From Candidatus Sumerlaeia bacterium (GTDB taxonomy: Bacteria > Sumerlaeota > Sumerlaeia > JADFCW01), in the NCBI GenBank assembly GCA_026415575.1, contig JAOAGV010000003.1:17616-81615 (forward strand): DNA of 64,000 bases, given 5' to 3'. The stretch's first letter is position 1, and every line of letters begins with the position of its first letter. Positions 38,630 through 46,918 of the stretch are shown in pieces. The position numbers and the translations under genes were made by a program. The notes beneath the pieces are model-generated. The model ran no database searches. It was given only the letters and a program-made list of their open reading frames with translations, and was not told where the DNA came from.

Positions 38630-39295
38630 ATGCTTCGTGTGCCGCCGAACCGATTCTCAGGCCAACCGCGCGAAAGTCCGCCCCGTGCGGCGAAGCGGCT
38701 CCGTTCTCTGCCCACATTCGAGGCATGTTTGCACGAAATCGAAGCGGCCGAGGAGGGCTGCGGCTGGCTGTCAGCGTGCGAGGAGGCCGGGCGGTTTTTG
38801 TTGCTTAGCCGGGAACTGATCGCAGCCTTGAGCGGTCTGCTTCGCTCATTGACCCCCGGCCGGATTCTCGAAGTCTGCGCCGGCCGCGGCGAACTGGCGG
38901 AGGCGCTGGCCGCAACGGGAGTGCATATTGTAGCGACGGATAGCCACGTCAGCGGCAGCTCTGCGCGCAGGCAGAGAACGGTGGTCAGACTGTCGGCCTC
39001 AGAGGCTCTTCGGCGCTATCGGCCTGCGGTGGTTCTGGGAGCGTTCGTGCCGTTTGATTCCGGCGTGGATGCCGCGGTCATGGCGTGCGATTCAGTTCTG
39101 CATTATGTGGTGCTTGGCGCGCGGGTCGGCGGACTGCTGGGTTCCGCGATGCTCTGGCAGAACCCCAACTGGGGTGCGGAACCGATGCCTGAAATCAGCC
39201 GCTGGATGCTGACGCGGCATGACGTGTGGCTGGGCGGAGCGGAGCGAAAAATCCTGCAGCATGGCGAGGCGTGGGTGTTTCGACGCGCGCAGTGA
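38630..39295 (+). CDS. Hypothetical protein, class I SAM-dependent methyltransferase-like
   Basis: ILEVCAGRGELA motif I and VATD; fills the gap between co-oriented genes. Confidence 0.55.
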   Translation: MLRVPPNRFSGQPRESPPRAAKRLRSLPTFEACLHEIEAAEEGCGWLSACEEAGRFLLLSRELIAALSGLLRSLTPGRILEVCAGRGELAEALAATGVHIVATDSHVSGSSARRQRTVVRLSASEALRRYRPAVVLGAFVPFDSGVDAAVMACDSVLHYVVLGARVGGLLGSAMLWQNPNWGAEPMPEISRWMLTRHDVWLGGAERKILQHGEAWVFRRAQ

Positions 39296-39361
39296 GGAAG
39301 CCAAAAGAAGTGGACGAAGTGAAATGGACGGGATGAACCCTATCTGGAGAAAGGTTTTTCA

Positions 39362-40423
39362 ATGGCTCGGTATTCAGCAGACGAAGTGAAACAGTTGGCG
39401 GCCGACATCGCCGTTGCGGCGGGCGTCGCGCGGAGCGATGCGGAAATTCTCGCCGGCGCATTGATTGACGCCGATCTGCACGGCGTCTCGACTCACGGGG
39501 TCTCGCGCCTGAACATCTACATCCGCCGCATCCAGAAGAAATTGATTGATCCGACCGCCGACCTTGTGGTGAACCGCCGACGTCCGGCCGTTCTTGAAGT
39601 GGACGCCAACAATGGTCTCGGCCAGGTGCAGGCCGTCAAAACCCTGCGGCTTCTCGAGCCTCTGGCGCGCGAATACGGCGTGGCCGCAGCCACGATTCGG
39701 CGTTCGCAGCACTTCGGCGCCCTCTCCTTCTACTGCAACTGGGCGGCCGCACGCGACATGATTCTCCTGGCCATGACCAGCTGCGAGCCGGCGCTGTCGC
39801 CCGAAGGCGCCTGCGAGGGGTTCTTTGGCACCAACCCCATTGCCGCTTCGTTTCCCACGGGCAAAGGCTTTCCGATCAAGGTTGATCTGGCCACCTCGAT
39901 TGTGGCGCGGGGCAACATCATCGCGGCGCACAAGGCCGGCCGCCCCATTCCCGAAGGCTGGGCGCTGGATCCCGACGGCAACCCCACCACCGACGCAGCG
40001 GCCGCACTGGCCGGCACCGTTCTGGCCATGGCTGGCCACAAAGGCGCGGCTTTGGCCCTGATGGTCGAGATGTTTTCGAGCGTGCTGTCGGGCGCAGCCA
40101 TTGGCAACGAAATCGGTTCGATGTACAAGCACATGGACCGCGAACAGAACGTCGGCCATTTCTTCTGCTTGATGGACATCGCAGCGTTTATAGACCCCGC
40201 CGTCTTCCGCCAGCGGACCGACAGAATGATTGATCGCATCAAGGCGTGCCGCCGCAGGCCGGGCGTCGAGGAAATTCTGGTTCCGGGCGAGCGGTCGCAT
40301 CGGAAAGCATTGGAAAACCGAACCAAAGGGATTCCTATTGGCGATGAGACGGTGGCTGAATTGAAACTGCTGTGTCAGGAATTCGGAATTCCATTTGCGG
40401 TGCAAACTTTGGATGGGGTTTGA
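39362..40423 (+). CDS. Ldh_2 family oxidoreductase (malate/L-lactate/sulfolactate/ureidoglycolate dehydrogenase)
   Basis: ADLHGVSTHG, HFGA, GTNPIA, DLATS, IPEGWALD..G.PTTD, GHKG, VPGE. Confidence 0.92.
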   Translation: MARYSADEVKQLAADIAVAAGVARSDAEILAGALIDADLHGVSTHGVSRLNIYIRRIQKKLIDPTADLVVNRRRPAVLEVDANNGLGQVQAVKTLRLLEPLAREYGVAAATIRRSQHFGALSFYCNWAAARDMILLAMTSCEPALSPEGACEGFFGTNPIAASFPTGKGFPIKVDLATSIVARGNIIAAHKAGRPIPEGWALDPDGNPTTDAAAALAGTVLAMAGHKGAALALMVEMFSSVLSGAAIGNEIGSMYKHMDREQNVGHFFCLMDIAAFIDPAVFRQRTDRMIDRIKACRRRPGVEEILVPGERSHRKALENRTKGIPIGDETVAELKLLCQEFGIPFAVQTLDGV

Positions 40424-40513
40424 CAGCAAACGGAAGGTTGAACTGCGGACGGCAGACGGCAGTTTGAACTACGGGCATGCGGTGTTCTGCTGCGGCTGGA
40501 AATCGAAGGATTT

Positions 40514-41821
40514 ATGACCAAAGTTGCGCTGCTTCTGGCGTTCGATCGCGCGTCGTATTTCCAACGGCATCATCCGCCGCTGGCACTGGGGTATTTGGCC
40601 GCTTATGTGAAGGCGCATGTGCCGGATGTGGACATACGGTTTTTCCTGACGCCGGAAGAAGCCGTGCTGTTCGAGCCGGAGCTTGTCGGCATTTCGAGCG
40701 TAACGCAGAACATCCCGATCGCGGTCGAGATGGCGCAACGGTTGGCCGCCTGCGGCGCACCGCTTGTGCTCGGCGGCATCCACATCAGCCTTCTGCCCGA
40801 AACCTTGCCGCGGCCGTTTGCCCTTGGAGTTCTTGGCGAAGGCGAACAGACGTTGGCCGATCTGGTCCGATGGCGGAGGCGCGAAATCGCCGACCTTGCC
40901 TCGGTCGCCGGTCTTGTCATCCGCGACGGCGACCGGCTGATTCAAACCGCGCCGCGGGCGCCGCTGGCCTCGCTCGACACGCTTCCCTTTCCCGACGTGG
41001 TGCTGCTTGGACGTCACTGGGAGGCCGACTATCACAGCCGGATGCTGATGTATTCATCGCGCGGCTGTCCCTACCGGTGCCTGTTCTGCGCGGGGGCGCG
41101 ATTCTGGCGGACGTATCGCTGCTTTTCGCCCGAATACGTGGTGCGCGAAATCGAATCGCGCTGTGCGGAGTTCGGGACGCGCTGGTTTGATTTCTGGGAT
41201 GATCTTTTCATCGGCGACGAGACGCGGCTGCGCCGGTTTGCGGAGTTGTTCCTCGAACGCGGCCTGCGTGAGAAAGTGATCTTGGGCTTCAGTGTCCGCT
41301 CGAATCTGGTCAGCGGGGAGCGGGCGAGGCTGTTTGCACGGCTGGGTGTCGAGAACGTCAATTTCGGGGCCGAGTCGGGCTGCGACCGCGTGCTGCGCGC
41401 CATGAACAAGGCGGGCGTAACGGTCGCCGTCAATCAGCGCGCCATTGATCTGCTCCATGATCAGGGCATCTTTGTAAATTGCTCGTTCGTCTTTGGCTTT
41501 CCCGACGAGACCGCCGCCGAGATGGAGCAGACGCTGAACTTTATCGAACGCAACCGCGACAAACTTGCCGACATCGGCTATTTCCCGCTTCTCCCGTTTC
41601 CGGGAACACCCTACTGGGACATGGCGCGGGAACGCGGCATTGTCTCGCTCGACATGGACTGGCGCGCGTTTGAGATGAACTATAGCGAGATTGACTGGGA
41701 GCGGCTGCCGATGCTGGCGGAGAAGGTGGGCCGGAATGAGCTGAAATCCTTCCTCGACCGGGCCAATCAGTTGCGCAACGAGATTGTCGCAGCGCATTTC
41801 CAACGCAGGACGAAACGATAG
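40514..41821 (+). CDS. B12-binding radical SAM protein
   Basis: PPLALGYLAA, LGGIH, GEGE, SRGCPYRCLFC, DDLF, FGAESG. Confidence 0.9.
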   Translation: MTKVALLLAFDRASYFQRHHPPLALGYLAAYVKAHVPDVDIRFFLTPEEAVLFEPELVGISSVTQNIPIAVEMAQRLAACGAPLVLGGIHISLLPETLPRPFALGVLGEGEQTLADLVRWRRREIADLASVAGLVIRDGDRLIQTAPRAPLASLDTLPFPDVVLLGRHWEADYHSRMLMYSSRGCPYRCLFCAGARFWRTYRCFSPEYVVREIESRCAEFGTRWFDFWDDLFIGDETRLRRFAELFLERGLREKVILGFSVRSNLVSGERARLFARLGVENVNFGAESGCDRVLRAMNKAGVTVAVNQRAIDLLHDQGIFVNCSFVFGFPDETAAEMEQTLNFIERNRDKLADIGYFPLLPFPGTPYWDMARERGIVSLDMDWRAFEMNYSEIDWERLPMLAEKVGRNELKSFLDRANQLRNEIVAAHFQRRTKR

Positions 41822-41970
41822 GTTTTGGGGTTTTCTTCCTGAAAGCCGGTATCATTGCCTTTTTGGTTTGAGCTTTTTCCCGTTGCAACGTGTTGAACCG
41901 GAGCGCAGAATTCGGTATCAGCCGCCGGCGGAACGGCTGAGGCGGTACTTTCCCGCATGAGACGATACCC

Positions 41971-43821
41971 ATGAATGTGTTATGGTTCCTGATTCCGGCG
42001 ATTGTGCTGTTGGTGCTCGCATCCAGAACCTACGGAGTCCATCTGGAAAAAGTTTTCGGCGCAGACGACCGGCGCCCGACGCCGGCCGCGCGGCACGATG
42101 ATAACCGCGACCTTGTCCATACCCGCGTGGACGTGGTCTTTGCCCACCATTTTGCCGCCATCGCCGGCAGCGGCCCGATCATCGGGCCGGTATTTGCTTT
42201 GGCGTTCGGCTATCTGCCGGTATGGATGTGGCTCCTGATCGGCGGCGTGTTTTTGGGCGCGGTGCACGACTTCGGCTCGCTGTTTGTCAGCGTGCGCGAA
42301 GGTGCCAAATCCATTCCGACGATTGCGCGCAAGACGCTCGGCAAGGCCGGCTATGTGCTGATGATCCTGTTTTTCCTCTCGATGATTGTGCTCGTGACGT
42401 CGGTGTTTCTGAATCTTTCGGCGGCGGCGCTGACCAGCAAATACCCGCTCGACAAATTGCGCCTTCCACCCGATCAAACGCTGCTGCGCACGGTGAGCGA
42501 GACCGCGCCGGACGGCACCACGGTGGTGCGGGGTGTGATCGGCGGCATTGCCTCGACGGGCGTTTTTGTGATTACGCTGCTGGCCATTCCGCTCGGATAC
42601 ATCCAGCGCCACAAGATTCTCAAGATGCGCTGGGTGCATTTGCTGGGGACGGCCATCTGTGTGGTCTCGATTGTCGTGGGATTCTGGAAACCGGTCTCGC
42701 TTTCGCCCGATGTGTGGAAGATTGTGCTGACGGTGTACACGCTGGTGGCGGCGGGCGTGCCGCTGTGGCTGATCTTGCAGCCTCGCGACGTGATCAACGT
42801 GCAAATCTTGTATGGGGGCATTTTGCTCTTGTTCGGTTCGCTGCTGGTGGGCGGCGCGACGCACCAGTTGATCCTGCCGGCGCCGGAATTGTCGAATGCG
42901 TTGGGGGCGGAAAAAATTGGGATGATCTGGCCGTTCCTGTTTATCACGGTGGCGTGCGGGGCGATCTCCGGGTTCCACTGCATGGTTTCGGGCGGGACAA
43001 CCTCGCGGCAGTTGGCGCGCGAGAGCGACATCCGGCGGGTGGCCTACAACAGTATGTTGCTCGAAAGCCTGCTGGCAATCTGCGTTCTTCTGACGCTGGG
43101 TAGCTGTCTGGCGCGGGAGGAGTACTTGCGGATTGTCTGGCCGAGCGCCGAGCAGGTGCAGGCGGGCAACCGGGCGAATCCGGTGTTTGCATTTGCACTG
43201 GCCGCCGGAACGCTGTTCCAGCAGGCATTCGGCATTCCCTTGGCAATCGGCTGCGTTCTGGGCATTTTGACGGTCGAGGGATTCATCGTCACGACGCTGG
43301 ACACGGCGGTGCGGCTGAACCGCTATTTGTTCGAGGAGTTGTGGGACGTGATTTTCGGTCATCGCGTGCCGCCCCTGCTCAAGCACTACTGGTTCAACGC
43401 CACGTTGTCGGCGGCGTTGATGCTGTGGTTTGCGACGGGAATTAAATTGGACCTCGGATGGCTGCTGTTCGGAACGGCCAATCAGCTGGTGTCGGCCTTG
43501 GCGCTGATTGTAATCACGGTGTGGCTGATGGCGCACGGGCGGCGGTTTATCTATACGCTGGTGCCGATGGTGCTGATGCTGGTAACGACGCTGACGGCGC
43601 TGATGATGGAGATTTTCGGGACGCATCCGGTGGGACAGACCAAGAACGCGCTGTATCAGGGCAGCGCAATCTTTATGGCCGTTATGGCCTTCGGCGTGGT
43701 GGCCGTTGTGATTCGAACCATCGTATTCCGCCGCACGCCTGCGGTGCCGCCCGGCGACGAGGCGCCCACGCCGCTGGAAGCCGCCGGCGAGAAAGAAGAA
43801 CTCGAAGTCGAAGGCATTTAA
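41971..43821 (+). CDS. cstA: Carbon starvation protein A family transporter
   Basis: HHFAAIAGSGPIIGP, GAVHDF, WPFLFITVACGAISGFH, TTLDTAVRL, LFGTANQL. Confidence 0.9.
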   Translation: MNVLWFLIPAIVLLVLASRTYGVHLEKVFGADDRRPTPAARHDDNRDLVHTRVDVVFAHHFAAIAGSGPIIGPVFALAFGYLPVWMWLLIGGVFLGAVHDFGSLFVSVREGAKSIPTIARKTLGKAGYVLMILFFLSMIVLVTSVFLNLSAAALTSKYPLDKLRLPPDQTLLRTVSETAPDGTTVVRGVIGGIASTGVFVITLLAIPLGYIQRHKILKMRWVHLLGTAICVVSIVVGFWKPVSLSPDVWKIVLTVYTLVAAGVPLWLILQPRDVINVQILYGGILLLFGSLLVGGATHQLILPAPELSNALGAEKIGMIWPFLFITVACGAISGFHCMVSGGTTSRQLARESDIRRVAYNSMLLESLLAICVLLTLGSCLAREEYLRIVWPSAEQVQAGNRANPVFAFALAAGTLFQQAFGIPLAIGCVLGILTVEGFIVTTLDTAVRLNRYLFEELWDVIFGHRVPPLLKHYWFNATLSAALMLWFATGIKLDLGWLLFGTANQLVSALALIVITVWLMAHGRRFIYTLVPMVLMLVTTLTALMMEIFGTHPVGQTKNALYQGSAIFMAVMAFGVVAVVIRTIVFRRTPAVPPGDEAPTPLEAAGEKEELEVEGI

Positions 43822-43831
43822 TTCGGCCACG

Positions 43832-44578
43832 ATGGCAACCGCCGACCACGCTGCCAAACCTGCCGCTGGCCCCATGAGCCGGCCGCCGAATACTGTTCGC
43901 GTGCCGCCGCGCGAGCGGAATCTGTTCGTCAATCTCTTTCGGGCGTTTCTGTGGATTTACCACACCGTGTTTCACGGGTGCCGCTGGCGCCATGCCGCGC
44001 GCGTGCCGATGAGCGGGCCGGTTATCCTCGCACCCAGCCACGCCAGCTGGTATGATCCGCCGATTGTGGCGGTGCCGTTGTGGAGGCGGGCGTATTATTT
44101 CACCAGCGCGAAGTATTTCAAGTTTCCGCTGGGGCCGATCATTCGCTATCTCAACGCGTTTCCGGTGGATTTGGCCAAACGCTTCGATCTGCGGGCCTAC
44201 GAGCAGGCGCTCGCGGTGTTGAACGCCGGCGGGATGCTGGTGCTTTTTCCCGAAGGCACGCGCACGTATGACGGGCGGCTGGGGAAGATTCAGGGGGGCG
44301 TGGCGGCACTGGCTTTGGAGACCGGCGCCACCATTGTGCCGGTGTCCATTCTGGGGGCGTTCGAGGCGTGGCCGCGCACGCGCAAACTGCCGCGCTGGTG
44401 TCGGCCGATCTCGATCAAGTATCACGTGCCGATTCCTGTTGAGCGGACGACAGACCCGCAATTGAAACGCCGGAGGATTGCCGAGATTTCGCGGCAGCTG
44501 GAGCGTGTGCTGGCCCCGCCGCTGCGTGCATGGAATGATTTGCAGAGAAGGCGCAGGCGGCTTCGCGGGATGGGATGA
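43832..44578 (+). CDS. Lysophospholipid acyltransferase (PlsC family)
   Basis: SHASWYD (HxxxxD), LFPEGTRT, IVPVSI. Confidence 0.9.
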   Translation: MATADHAAKPAAGPMSRPPNTVRVPPRERNLFVNLFRAFLWIYHTVFHGCRWRHAARVPMSGPVILAPSHASWYDPPIVAVPLWRRAYYFTSAKYFKFPLGPIIRYLNAFPVDLAKRFDLRAYEQALAVLNAGGMLVLFPEGTRTYDGRLGKIQGGVAALALETGATIVPVSILGAFEAWPRTRKLPRWCRPISIKYHVPIPVERTTDPQLKRRRIAEISRQLERVLAPPLRAWNDLQRRRRRLRGMG

Positions 44579-44584
44579 GTCGCT

Positions 44585-44615
44585 CAAGTCGGACGGGTCG
44601 GACAACTCGGACAAG
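44585..44615. repeat. Degenerate 9-nt tandem repeat, reverse complement of the 20449 unit
   Basis: caag tcggacggg tcggacaac tcggacaag; CAAGTCGGA is the reverse complement of TCCGACTTG. Confidence 0.75.
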
Positions 44616-44630
44616 GTGATTTGTGCAATC

Positions 44631-45596
44631 ATGAAAAGCGATCCTCGGACCACAAAAATTCTCCGGCGAATGCGCGGGCGTGTCTTTCGCGCCAGCAAGC
44701 TTCTGGACCGGCCCGATACGCCGTGGCGAAGACGGCGTCTGCTCGATCTGCTGGATGCGGGCAGCGATCGCACGGTCGCCACGGAAGCCGGCGGTGTTCT
44801 GCATCTGACGCTTCGCGTGCCCTACGGGGCGGCAGAAGCCGCATGCGGCTTGCAGTTTCCGCGATGCGGCCGGCGGGACAAACAGGCCGATCCTGCGGTC
44901 AACCCCTTCGCCGGTTGGGGCGCAACCGTATGCCAACCGCGGGTGATGGCCAAAGCGGCACGCCGGCCTTCGCTGGGCCGAATTCGGCCGCATCGCATTG
45001 TGGTGCTGGATACGGAAACAACCGGACTGCTCGATGAACCGGAGACGGTGCCGTTTCTTGTGGGCTTGGGCTTTTTCGAGCCGGAGCACTTTGTTGTCGA
45101 GCAGTTTTTTATGGAAGATTTTGAGGCCGAGCCGGCGCTGATGAAGTCGCTTGCGCGCCGGATGCGCACGGTTGGCGCCATCCTGACCTACAACGGTGGC
45201 TCGTTTGATCTGCCCCTTCTGCGGCGGCGATTTACGCTGCAACGGCTGTCGGCGGCCGCGTGGGAGAAAACGCACTGGGATGTGCTTCTGACGGCGCGGC
45301 GACTGTGGAAAGGCGATATTGGTTCATGTTCGCTGACGAACGTCGAACGCGAGGTGTTGGGATTTCGACGCGAACGCGATATTCCCTCCGACCGCATCCC
45401 GCAAGTCTATCGCGACTATCTGGGCGGGCACCGCGCCGGCCGTCTTGCGGCCGTGTTCGATCACAACGCGCAGGATATTCTCTCAACCGCCGCCATCGCC
45501 GTAACCCTTGGCGCCGTGGCGTGCGATCCTTGCGCCGCTTTGGCGGATGGACTGGCCAGCAAGGCGGCACTGGAACGGTTTGCGGAGCGGGAGTAA
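44631..45596 (+). CDS. RNase H-like DEDD exonuclease (YprB/MrfB-like)
   Basis: LDTETTGL, TYNGGSFDLP, SCSL..VE..VLG..R..DIP, HNAQDI. Confidence 0.83.
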   Translation: MKSDPRTTKILRRMRGRVFRASKLLDRPDTPWRRRRLLDLLDAGSDRTVATEAGGVLHLTLRVPYGAAEAACGLQFPRCGRRDKQADPAVNPFAGWGATVCQPRVMAKAARRPSLGRIRPHRIVVLDTETTGLLDEPETVPFLVGLGFFEPEHFVVEQFFMEDFEAEPALMKSLARRMRTVGAILTYNGGSFDLPLLRRRFTLQRLSAAAWEKTHWDVLLTARRLWKGDIGSCSLTNVEREVLGFRRERDIPSDRIPQVYRDYLGGHRAGRLAAVFDHNAQDILSTAAIAVTLGAVACDPCAALADGLASKAALERFAERE

Positions 45597-45691
45597 TTCG
45601 CACAGGGAGAGTTTTCAGACTGGACGTTGAGCGCGGCAATGCCACACCATCCGTTGTGGTCGCGCAAGGGTTGTGCGACCGGGCGAATCGC

Positions 45692-46879
45692 ATGAATGAA
45701 CCCGCATCCAGTTGTTGCCCCGCCGAAACGGCACGCCGCCGCAGGCCTTACACGATTGTCCAGTTGACCTCGTCGGGCGATATGGGCGGCACCGAGCGCA
45801 TGACGCTCGAACTGGCTGCGCGGCTGGATCACAACCTCTTCCATCCGATTGTGCTTTGTCTGGTCGGCGGCGACACGCTGGTCGAGGAGTGCCGCCGGCG
45901 CGGCGTCGAGGCGGAGCATCTGCATTGCCGCCATCCGCTGGACTGGCGCGCGTGGCGGCGCTATGCGGACATTCTGCGCACACGGGGCGTGTCGTTGGTG
46001 CATCTATACGGCCTGCGGGCCAACATTCCGGGGCGCCATCTGGCCCGGCGTGCGAAAGTCGGCTGCGTGGTGGCGGGCATTCGCAGCACCGATCCGTGGC
46101 GCCGATGGTATCATGTGTGGCTGGATCGCTGGACGGCGCGATATGTGGATGTGTTTGTGTCCAATTCAGAAGCGGGACGGCAGGCGGCGATTCGGCGCGA
46201 GCGCATTCCGGGCGATCGTATCAAAGTGATTCCGAACGGTGTCGAGATGCCGCCGGCCGTGAGTTTTGATGCTGCCGCACTGCGCCGGAAGTTCGGTCTG
46301 TCCGAACACGATGGCCCCGTGCTGGCAGTGGTGGCCAATCTGGGGCCGGAGAAACGCCACCGCGATTTGATTGATGCCGTTGCATCGTTGGCAGCCGATT
46401 TTCCGCACATGGCCGTTCTTTGCGCCGGGCGCGACGAGATGGGCGGCGCCAACCAGCAATACGCCGCCGCGCGCGGCGTGGAAGGGCAATTCCGCTGGCT
46501 GGGGCGTGTGGACAATGTGGCCGAGGTGTTTGCCGCCGCCGATTTCGCCGTGTTGCCGTCGCGCCACGAAGGCATGCCGGCCTCGGTTCTCGAAGCAATG
46601 GCGATGGGCAAGGCGGTGATTGCCTCCGATGTGGGGGGAATTCCGGAGGTAATCCGGCATAAGGAGAACGGTCTGTTGGTTCCGCCGCTTCAACCGGCGG
46701 CGCTGGCAGATGCGATCCGGATACTTGCGTCGGACCGCGCACTTTGCGAACGCATCGGGCAGGCGGCGCGGCGCGCGGTTGAAGAGCATTTTTCGATGGC
46801 GGGCATGGTCGAGCGCATTCAGGACTTGTATTTGGAGTATCTCGAAGGCGGCCGCGAGCCGAAGGCGCGAGGCGATTAA
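45692..46879 (+). CDS. Glycosyltransferase family 4
   Basis: MGGTER, IPNGV, EKRH, PSRHEGMPASVLEAMAMGKAVIASDVGGIPE. Confidence 0.9.
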   Translation: MNEPASSCCPAETARRRRPYTIVQLTSSGDMGGTERMTLELAARLDHNLFHPIVLCLVGGDTLVEECRRRGVEAEHLHCRHPLDWRAWRRYADILRTRGVSLVHLYGLRANIPGRHLARRAKVGCVVAGIRSTDPWRRWYHVWLDRWTARYVDVFVSNSEAGRQAAIRRERIPGDRIKVIPNGVEMPPAVSFDAAALRRKFGLSEHDGPVLAVVANLGPEKRHRDLIDAVASLAADFPHMAVLCAGRDEMGGANQQYAAARGVEGQFRWLGRVDNVAEVFAAADFAVLPSRHEGMPASVLEAMAMGKAVIASDVGGIPEVIRHKENGLLVPPLQPAALADAIRILASDRALCERIGQAARRAVEEHFSMAGMVERIQDLYLEYLEGGREPKARGD

Positions 46880-46918
46880 ACGGCCAGCATATTCGGTTCT
46901 TGCAAGAGGCAGTGAACG

